Position numbers and translations under genes: made by a program
NCBI GenBank assembly: GCA_028223755.1
Contig: JAOIUY010000006.1
Location: 24,564-88,563, forward strand
Direction of reading: 5' to 3'
Source of the DNA: Pseudomonadales bacterium
GTDB lineage: Bacteria > Pseudomonadota > Gammaproteobacteria > Pseudomonadales > UBA7434
DNA length: 64,000 nucleotides
The notes under the pieces: model-generated
What the model was told of the DNA's origin: nothing
Database searches by the model: none
What the model saw: only the letters and a program-made list of their open reading frames with translations
In this document: one piece after another, positions 19,638 through 27,011 of the stretch
How positions within the stretch are numbered: position 1 is the stretch's first letter
Layout of the letters: the number at the start of each line of letters is the position of its first letter

Positions 19638-20657
19638 TTGAATTGCGCAGTGATTTTTGGTGGCACAGGGTTTATTGGAATCTGCTTCGCTAGATATTTA
19701 GTGGATAAAAAGCAGGTGCAAAAAGTATATCTGTACGATCATGAAGCCTTATCAACTAAGGCTTCATTTGATCGACAAAAAATGTTGGCTTCTTATTCGT
19801 GTATTAATGAAATCCATGGTGATGTCCGCCAGCCAATTGATTGGATTCCGCCAGAAACAATTACTCTTATTGCCAATTTCGCTGCAGTACATCGTGAGCC
19901 TGGCCATGTCGCAGGTGAATACTTTGAAACCAATCTTCTTGGTGCTGATAATGTTTGTAACTGGGCTGAGAAAGTAAATTGCAAAAAAATTATATTTAGT
20001 AGTTCAATTGCCCCATATGGCCCAAGTGAACATGAAAAGGATGAGTCCTTTTTGCCAGTGCCTCCAACACCATATGGTGGTTCAAAATTGGTAGCTGAGA
20101 AAATACATCAAACTTGGCAGGCTAAAGAAAGTGAAAACCGTCAGCTAGTTATTGTTAGACCGGGCGTTGTTTTTGGTCCGGGTGAGGGCGGTAATGTTTC
20201 TCGATTGATAAAAGCGGTTCGTAACCGATACTTCTTTTATACGGGCAACCAAAAAACTCGTAAGGCGGGGGTTTATGTCAAGGAGCTATGTAATGCCATG
20301 TGTTGGGTCCTTAATAGCGAAAAAGCAAAAGCAGATAAAGTAACCTTATTTAATATGACTATGAATCCTGGCCCATCCATCGAGGAGTATGTGGATACGA
20401 TTGCTAAAGTGATGGGTATCAAAATTTGGATACCAAGTATTCCTATTAAGTTATTATTAGTGGCTTCTTACTTTATTGATTTATTTGCTCGTCCTTTGGG
20501 TATCGAACATCCATTTAGTCCTGTTAGGATTAAAAAATTAACTCGTTCAAATAATATTATCCCTATGTACCTAGCGACCAATGAATATAAATATAAATAT
20601 ACTTTAGAAGAGGCGCTTATCGATTGGAAAAAAGAATGTCCCGAGGAATGGAGTTAA
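19638..20657 (+). CDS. NAD-dependent epimerase/dehydratase family protein (SDR)
   Basis: GGTGFIG Rossmann motif; PYGGSK fits the YxxxK catalytic region; TTG start. Substrate unknown. Confidence 0.7.
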   Translation: MNCAVIFGGTGFIGICFARYLVDKKQVQKVYLYDHEALSTKASFDRQKMLASYSCINEIHGDVRQPIDWIPPETITLIANFAAVHREPGHVAGEYFETNLLGADNVCNWAEKVNCKKIIFSSSIAPYGPSEHEKDESFLPVPPTPYGGSKLVAEKIHQTWQAKESENRQLVIVRPGVVFGPGEGGNVSRLIKAVRNRYFFYTGNQKTRKAGVYVKELCNAMCWVLNSEKAKADKVTLFNMTMNPGPSIEEYVDTIAKVMGIKIWIPSIPIKLLLVASYFIDLFARPLGIEHPFSPVRIKKLTRSNNIIPMYLATNEYKYKYTLEEALIDWKKECPEEWS

Positions 20658-21658
20658 TTTTTATTAAAATGCCTTATCAAAACAAAAATCACCGCTAACA
20701 TTCCGCCCAGTAAAGTGACCAACACACAAATCATTGCTCGCTTGGGTTTGGCTTCTTCTTCCGGCGCTACCGCTGGGTCAATCACTTCCAGCACATAATC
20801 CTGCCTAACATTAGCCAGCATTATTGTTTTGGTTTGCTCTTCTATTAACTGATAAAAAATGGTTTGCATGTCGGCAATCGATGTACTGTTTAATTGCTTA
20901 GTTAAATAATTAATCGTGCGCTCTGCATTGTTAAGGTCTTTGTCGCGCATATAGTTATTTAAATCTGTTACTAACCAATCAACCCATTGCTTGGCGACAT
21001 AGGGTGAGTAAAACTCAATGCCAATGTTTACCAGCCCTGTTTTTTTATCTTGCGATACGCTTAATACATCATCTATAAATAATTCGTAGGCTTCAATGTC
21101 CGAAGGCTTGGGCTTTAACGGTGCGCTGACATCTCGTACCCATTGCTTGTTCTCGACATCGTAAATATCGTTATCAATTTCTAAAGTGTTATTCGTATCA
21201 TCCCATCCGTCAGTCGCCATAAGCGGCACTAACAGCTGGTGATTATCAATAAAGGTTTTTATAAAACGTCGTGACTTTAATGTTTCAATAGCCACTGTTG
21301 TTGGGTCGGTGGCGCCATCCGATAAGTTAATGCCTGCAATACTGGCTAGGCCGCCAAATTGGCCGGCTAGTGCCGATAGGCCGCCACCTTGCGATTCGGC
21401 TGCGGGTGCGAGCAATGCTTCGGAGCGGTAAATATTGGGGAGCATTAACGCGATAATCACGGAGATAACGGCAAACACGGAGGTAATAGCAACAATGTGT
21501 AACTTACCCTGCCAAAGTGCATCCCATAATTCGCGTAAATCAATTTCATCATCAACAGCTTTATTATTATTGCCCTGCACTAAATAAACGGGTTGCATGG
21601 CCGATTCTGTTGGCGCAGTTTGAGAAGAGGGGCTGTGCTTCGATTCGTTTGTTGTCAC
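20654..21658 (-). CDS. wzz: Polysaccharide chain-length determinant (Wzz, PCP-1 type, no kinase domain)
   Basis: Wzz N-terminal motif IDLRELWDALWQGK plus TM1 and PNIYRSEALLAP; coiled periplasmic region; C-terminal TM preceded by a Pro-rich PEEEAKPKR. Confidence 0.8.
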   Translation of the reverse strand: MTTNESKHSPSSQTAPTESAMQPVYLVQGNNNKAVDDEIDLRELWDALWQGKLHIVAITSVFAVISVIIALMLPNIYRSEALLAPAAESQGGGLSALAGQFGGLASIAGINLSDGATDPTTVAIETLKSRRFIKTFIDNHQLLVPLMATDGWDDTNNTLEIDNDIYDVENKQWVRDVSAPLKPKPSDIEAYELFIDDVLSVSQDKKTGLVNIGIEFYSPYVAKQWVDWLVTDLNNYMRDKDLNNAERTINYLTKQLNSTSIADMQTIFYQLIEEQTKTIMLANVRQDYVLEVIDPAVAPEEEAKPKRAMICVLVTLLGGMLAVIFVLIRHFNKN

Positions 21659-21718
21659 GTATTTAATCCTTAAATCACGGGTTAATCTTGGTGGGGTGGT
21701 TAGTTAAAATGCCACTAT

Positions 21719-21726
21719 GGTAGCGT
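21719..21726 (+). promoter_or_regulatory. Partial ops-like element (GGTAGCGT)
   Basis: 8 contiguous nt of the 12-nt ops consensus GGCGGTAGCGTG, in the 5' region upstream of the wcaJ-like gene. Bracketed by GGGTGGT (21693-21699) and ACCACCC (21742-21748). Confidence 0.2.
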
Positions 21727-22131
21727 CTAGTCCTTCATTACACCACCCTTAGGGGGGTAAATATCTACGTAGCTTATTCATTATCATGTTGTTGATTCTT
21801 CGCCAGTTTTTTTATTAAAAACCATGGTTTTACGAGGTGCTTGCTTTAACAGCCTTCACATCAAGCTTGATAACAGCTTTTACAGCAATGCGCATAACAA
21901 ATCTCACAACAACTTTTATAACTGCTTTCATAATGGCTGTATTGGGTGGGCTATTCCTAACTCATTCAAATTCATAACATTATTATTAGTGTAAAAAAGC
22001 ACATCCATTATTGTGAGTATTTTTTGAACTAAATATAATCTGTAACCGTCTTAATATCCCTTTATTTAGTTTTTAAGCCTTTGGCCGTATATGAAATTGT
22101 GTTATAAAGCGGCAATACGGAAATACAATTT

Positions 22132-23559
22132 TTGCGGGAATGCACATTCATGCAACAAGGTTTTATAAAGCAACACCAATCGTTTTTTGCGCTGATTCAA
22201 GAACTTGCTGATGCAGCGGTTATTGGCTGTTCTTTATGGTTGGCCATTTTTATTCATGGCCGCGAGTGGTCGTATATCTACGACGTTGCTTTTGTTTCAT
22301 TTGCTCTTCTGTTCTATTTGATTGCTCGTTACAACGGCCTTTATCTATCTTGGCGTGTGCAAGGCTTTACTCAAGAGGCTTTTACGGTTTTAAAGTCGTT
22401 TGCTTCGGTATTTGTTATTCTGCTTATTATTGCTTTTGCTTTACAAGTATCCGCTACGTATTCTCGGTTAGTCATTGGTAGTTGGATGCTCATTTGTCCC
22501 GCCTTGTTATTAAGTTTTCGCTCATGCGTAAAATTATTTTTGCGCATTAAGCGTGCTTCTGGCCGCAATACGCGTACGGTAGTTATTGCTGGTGCTGGGT
22601 CATTAGGTATTGCATTAGCCGATTCCATTGAGCAAAGCCCTTGGATGGGCATTCATGTATCGGGCTTTTACGATGATAAAGTACCGCCTGGGCCCATTCA
22701 TAAATCATCTAAAGGATTGGCTATACCGGTTATTGGTTGTCTTGACCAGCTGGTGAAAGACGCTAAGACAAATAGCTATGATTCTATTTATGTTGCCTTG
22801 CCCATGCGGGCCGAAAAGAAAATGAAAAGCTTAATTCATGATTTGGCCGACAGCTCTGCTAATGTGAATTATGTGCCTGATATTTTCACGTTTAATTTAA
22901 TGAATTCGCGGATGCGCCAAATTGGTGGCATACCAACCATAAGTGTTTATGACACACCTTTCGATAGCTTTGGTCGTTTTGTTAAGCGTAGTTTAGATGT
23001 GCTGTTGTCATTATTTATTCTGACGATTATTGCTTTGCCCATGTTAGTTATTTATTGCGCAATAAAAATGGAATCGCCTGGCCCAGTAATATTTAAGCAG
23101 CGTCGTTATGGTTTAAGCGGTGATACATTTTGGGTGTGGAAGTTTCGTAGTATGTCAACGCAAGATAATGGCGACAACATTCAGCAAGCCAGCAAAAATG
23201 ATAAACGCATAACGCGTTTGGGCAGTTTTTTGCGTAAGAGTTCATTAGATGAATTACCGCAATTTATCAATGTGTTGCAAGGCACTATGTCTATTGTAGG
23301 CCCGCGGCCACACGCGGTGGCGCACAACGAGCTTTACCGACAAGAAATTGACCAATATATGTTGCGCCATATTGTTAAGCCAGGCATTACTGGTTGGGCG
23401 CAAATTAATGGTTGGCGCGGCGAAACCGACACCCCCGATAAAATGCAAAAGCGCATTGAATTCGACCTGCATTACATTCGTAATTGGTCAGTTATCCTGG
23501 ATATAAAAATTATTTTCCTCACACTTTTTAAAGGCTTTGTTAATAAAAATGCTTATTAA
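22132..23559 (+). CDS. wcaJ: Undecaprenyl-phosphate hexose-1-phosphate transferase (WcaJ/WbaP-type initiating PGT)
   Basis: Four to five N-terminal TMs, a Rossmann-like middle, and a C-terminal bacterial sugar transferase domain (KFRSM, DELPQFINVLQG.MSIVGPRP, PGITGWAQ). The start is probably at ATG 22150. Confidence 0.88.
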   Translation: MRECTFMQQGFIKQHQSFFALIQELADAAVIGCSLWLAIFIHGREWSYIYDVAFVSFALLFYLIARYNGLYLSWRVQGFTQEAFTVLKSFASVFVILLIIAFALQVSATYSRLVIGSWMLICPALLLSFRSCVKLFLRIKRASGRNTRTVVIAGAGSLGIALADSIEQSPWMGIHVSGFYDDKVPPGPIHKSSKGLAIPVIGCLDQLVKDAKTNSYDSIYVALPMRAEKKMKSLIHDLADSSANVNYVPDIFTFNLMNSRMRQIGGIPTISVYDTPFDSFGRFVKRSLDVLLSLFILTIIALPMLVIYCAIKMESPGPVIFKQRRYGLSGDTFWVWKFRSMSTQDNGDNIQQASKNDKRITRLGSFLRKSSLDELPQFINVLQGTMSIVGPRPHAVAHNELYRQEIDQYMLRHIVKPGITGWAQINGWRGETDTPDKMQKRIEFDLHYIRNWSVILDIKIIFLTLFKGFVNKNAY

Positions 23560-23572
23560 TGGTTTTGGGTTT

Positions 23573-23959
23573 TTATAAAAATATTAGCAATGGCAATGCA
23601 TAAGCGGTTATAAAACCAATAGCCCACATGCTTGCCGAAATAATAATAAACCGACGGTTCCATTTATCTGCTTGTGCACATGCAGCAGCTAAGTTGGGAT
23701 CGGAAGGGCAGCTTCGTCCGGGCCTATAAACTGCATACGTCGATAATAAAATCAGTACGCCGGATAATAAAAACATCCATAATTTATATTGACTCAAAAT
23801 AATTAACCACGGCGCCGATGATGCCATGGTCGCAACCGCAGCTCCCATTCCAAGCGAAACTAACGTAATAGGTAATGCGCAACAAAGCAGCGTACCTGAG
23901 GTAGTAAACAATAATAACCAGCTCCATGAACGAGGCGAGTCTTGTCGATTTTTATTCAT
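23573..23959 (-). CDS. MerT-like three-TM metal transport protein
   Basis: CC pair in TM1 (LLCCALPITL, cf. MerT ACCLGPLVL), YRP after TM2, a loop Cys pair (SCPSDPNLAAAC), then a third TM. This is the same layout as recalled Tn501 MerT. Confidence 0.5.
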   Translation of the reverse strand: MNKNRQDSPRSWSWLLLFTTSGTLLCCALPITLVSLGMGAAVATMASSAPWLIILSQYKLWMFLLSGVLILLSTYAVYRPGRSCPSDPNLAAACAQADKWNRRFIIISASMWAIGFITAYALPLLIFL

Positions 23960-23982
23960 GCCTGGCGGCTCCTAAGTCAATG

Positions 23983-24639
23983 CTAATAAACGATGCCAAT
24001 CCCAAAGTTTATAAAGTTACCTTGCCATTCGTCATCGTTGTCATAGGCGGGCATTTTGTATTCTGCGCGCATAACGATATTACGCTTAAAATAAACCAGC
24101 ACTGGCCCGGTTAATACACGCTGTCCTGAATCAGAATCTTGTGCAGATATATCCCATAGCGTAAACCATGATGAACCTTTGCTATCGGGGTACGACCAGC
24201 CAACATTAATATCTAAACCGGTCTTGTCGCCCAGTGTGTATAAATCGAAGAGTTGATACATGGTGGGGGTTTCTGAACTGTAGCTTAGGCTTATACCTGC
24301 ATCCCAGTCATTGCCGCCATCGGTTGGCATGCGTATAGAGGGCGTAATGCTCCAGTTGTATGTTAATGGGCCTTGGTTGGTATAGCGCTTTAAAGGCACG
24401 GCAAAAATAGCGTTGCCCATTTCGCCGTTAACATAAGGTATTTTTAAGGTCATGCGCACTGCCGGCTTAAAGGTGTAAACCCCTTCAAGCCAGGTAGTGG
24501 TTTCTGAGTTGCTGTGTTCAACCCGTGATTGCACACCGTAACCTTTGTTCCAGCGCGGCGCCATATCCATAATGGGTTGATGAGCTACGGCTGTAATGGC
24601 AACGCTTGATGTGAGTAAAGCAATGAGTAAGTGTTTCAT
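23983..24639 (-). CDS. Putative small outer-membrane beta-barrel protein
   Basis: Signal peptide (..AITAVA/HQ); alternating hydrophobic/polar strands rich in Y/W/G/T; aromatic C-terminal residue (..GIGIVY). No family recognised. Confidence 0.4.
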   Translation of the reverse strand: MKHLLIALLTSSVAITAVAHQPIMDMAPRWNKGYGVQSRVEHSNSETTTWLEGVYTFKPAVRMTLKIPYVNGEMGNAIFAVPLKRYTNQGPLTYNWSITPSIRMPTDGGNDWDAGISLSYSSETPTMYQLFDLYTLGDKTGLDINVGWSYPDSKGSSWFTLWDISAQDSDSGQRVLTGPVLVYFKRNIVMRAEYKMPAYDNDDEWQGNFINFGIGIVY

Positions 24640-25085
24640 TTTTTGTCCTCTATGGGTTTAGAGGCTTTGTTCTTAATAGTGACTTCTTCTGAAGTGGTAT
24701 GAGCGTTGTTTATATGGGTAACATCTATCGGTTTATAACCACCGTCTTCTATCGCTTTAAATAATGCGGCTTTGTCTAGCCCCATATCTTCGCGGACGGT
24801 TATAAATACTCTTTGGTTTTCAACGTCTACACTAACGCCTTTGTCAAAATGCTGGGCATTAATAAAGGACAGCTTGCGTATATTTTTGGCAACGCCGTAA
24901 GCGCATAGCTCACAGACAATACCGTGTACGTTGACGACGTAATAATTTTTTGGCATTCCATTATTTGTGCCACCAAGTTGTTCTTCGACTTCATGGTCGT
25001 GGTTGTGGTCGTGATGGTGTTGAGCAAATGAAAATGGAATAAGCAGCGTATATAGCAACGCCATTGCTATGAATTTTATAAACAT
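24636..25085 (-). CDS. Periplasmic His-rich heavy-metal-associated (MerP/CopZ-like) protein
   Basis: Signal peptide; QHHHDHNHDHE tract; beta-alpha-beta-beta-alpha-beta-like domain with VHGIVCELCAYGVAKNI (CxxC); ATGA overlap with the downstream barrel gene. Confidence 0.55.
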   Translation of the reverse strand: MFIKFIAMALLYTLLIPFSFAQHHHDHNHDHEVEEQLGGTNNGMPKNYYVVNVHGIVCELCAYGVAKNIRKLSFINAQHFDKGVSVDVENQRVFITVREDMGLDKAALFKAIEDGGYKPIDVTHINNAHTTSEEVTIKNKASKPIEDKK

Positions 25086-25136
25086 GTCTTTACCTTCCTA
25101 ATAAAAAAAATCGGTGACCTTGTGGCCGTTGATAAA

Positions 25137-25559
25137 TTAAGAAAGGTGAGTGATGGGAGGCCTAAAAAGCGGGGCGATGTTGCTGGAAATAAAGTTGAGC
25201 AATGTGTCAGCGTGTAGGTTGTTGGCCTTACTGCTAATGGGTTTGCTTAGGTTGGTGGGGATTGCTATGGCTGTGCAGCTAGCGCAGCAATTTTGGTAAT
25301 CGGTGGAAGGGGCACTATGATCGGCATCAATATTCGTATCGGTATTAACATCAGTAGCGGCATTTGCTTTGTCATTGTTGTGGCAAGGCATACTGGTTTG
25401 GGCTTTTGCGGGCTCTTCAGCCATACAGCAGGCGGCATAGCCTATGCTGGTATGCATTGCGAAGACGAATAACAGGGCTTTTATTAAAAGGCCGCGATGT
25501 CGATTAATGGCGATTGTGCTCATAGGCTTTATTGAGCGCCTAAATAACGAAAAAATCAA
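25137..25559 (-). CDS. Small exported Cys-rich protein (DUF2946-like?)
   Basis: Hydrophobic N-terminus; motifs AACC, PCH, NCCASC; D/N/T-rich linker; C-terminal ..FRPP. The likelier start is ATG 25523 (MSTIAIN). The family guess is from recall only. Confidence 0.35.
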   Translation of the reverse strand: MIFSLFRRSIKPMSTIAINRHRGLLIKALLFVFAMHTSIGYAACCMAEEPAKAQTSMPCHNNDKANAATDVNTDTNIDADHSAPSTDYQNCCASCTAIAIPTNLSKPISSKANNLHADTLLNFISSNIAPLFRPPITHLS

Positions 25560-25694
25560 GGGTTAAATAACGCGATTATGGGGCCAGTGTTTGTTTTTTT
25601 GGCATTGTCCTTTCTGTTGGCGGGGCGCTTCTTGTGTTACTTTACGGCCTGACGAATAAAAACGCATTCCATTGACCAATAAGCCAATACTATT

Positions 25695-26642
25695 ATGCTC
25701 AACAAATCTTCCACCCGCTTAAATAAATACATTAGCGAGAGCGGTATTTGCTCGCGCCGTGAGGCTGACCGCTTTATAGAGCAGGGCAATGTTTATATTA
25801 ATGGCAAACGTGCGGCTATTGGTGCGCAGGTCTTTGCTGGCGATACGGTTAAGGTTAATGGGCAATTAATCGAGGCGCAGGAAGAAGAGGATTTAATTTT
25901 TATTGCGCTGAATAAACCGGCTGGTATTGTTAGCACTACCGAAAGTCGCGAGGCGAATAATATTGTTGATTTTATTAATCACAGTACGCGCATCTTTCCT
26001 ATTGGCCGTTTAGATAAAGATTCTCAAGGATTAATCTTATTAACCAATAACGGTGATTTGGTTAATAAGATTTTACGCGCCGGCAATAACCACGAAAAAG
26101 AATACCGCGTGACGGTGAATAAATCGGTGAGCGATGATTTTGTCCGCGGCATGAGTGATGGCGTGCCCATTCTTGGCGTTAAAACAAAACGCTGTAAGGT
26201 CGTTAAAGAATCGCAATACAGTTTTACTATTACATTGGTTCAAGGATTGAATCGCCAGATTCGCCGCATGTGTGAGTACTTTAATTTCGAGGTGGTGAGT
26301 TTAGAGCGCGTGCGCATTATGAATGTCAGTTTAAAAAAGTTGGCAGTGGGTGACTGGCGCGATTTAACAGAAAAAGAATTAACCGAGTTGTTGGCCTTAA
26401 CCAAAGACTCATCGTCCGAAGCAGAGGCGGGGACGAAAAAAAGAATTAGGAACCCCGATGCGCGCTATAAGAAAAAACCGGTGGTAGGTGCTAAGCATAA
26501 ACCTGCTAATAGTGAAGGCAGGGGCAAGCATAAATCAAAAGCTAAGGGCGGCGTTAAGAGTCGTGGCCAAAGTAAGAGCGGCAATCGAAACACGTCTAAA
26601 AATACCCCTAAAGGGGGTGGCGGACAAAGAGGCCGGCGTTGA
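25695..26642 (+). CDS. rluF: 23S rRNA pseudouridine synthase RluF
   Basis: Near-collinear with recalled E. coli RluF: [52 protein letters not shown]. The basic K/G/R tail is also present in E. coli. Confidence 0.88.
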   Translation: MLNKSSTRLNKYISESGICSRREADRFIEQGNVYINGKRAAIGAQVFAGDTVKVNGQLIEAQEEEDLIFIALNKPAGIVSTTESREANNIVDFINHSTRIFPIGRLDKDSQGLILLTNNGDLVNKILRAGNNHEKEYRVTVNKSVSDDFVRGMSDGVPILGVKTKRCKVVKESQYSFTITLVQGLNRQIRRMCEYFNFEVVSLERVRIMNVSLKKLAVGDWRDLTEKELTELLALTKDSSSEAEAGTKKRIRNPDARYKKKPVVGAKHKPANSEGRGKHKSKAKGGVKSRGQSKSGNRNTSKNTPKGGGGQRGRR

Positions 26643-27011
26643 TTGCTGTGTTTTAAAATACATTTCTATAAATGGCTTAACAATTATCGTGTTGAATAGG
26701 ATAAATTATCGGTAAATCAGATACTTAAAAGAAAAAATCGTAATGTTATCAATGGTCTTATTGATAACACCATCTATTGCAGCATCCATAAAACCATCTA
26801 AGCCCCCTAAAAAGCTAAGTCCCTGATTTAACTATAAAACAGCCCAGAATGCGGTGTTTAGTCTTAAAAACAGGCCAGAGTTGCTCAATTTGAACGAAAA
26901 AGCTGTGATAAAATTGATACCTTAAGCTAATATTTAACGTATAAAACAGATAGCTTTTAAAGAAAACCTCCTAAAAAAACGATTAATAAAAATAATGTGA
27001 GATAACCACTG

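Noticed and set aside
26380-26642. Lys/Gly/Arg-rich ~80-aa C-terminal tail on RluF (plus overlapping ORF 26488-26715).
   Set aside because: As I recall it, E. coli RluF carries a comparable basic tail, so this is a family trait and not a fusion. The overlapping ORF is an alternative-frame shadow.
26873-26888. GGCCAGAGTTGCTCAA, weakly similar to the tRNA 3' arm region (GGCCTGGAGTGACTCGAA). I considered it as a distal att-type repeat delimiting the mosaic gene as an island.
   Set aside because: Only about 10 of 14 positions match and a gap is needed. There is no integrase and no extended flanking similarity. This is indistinguishable from chance.
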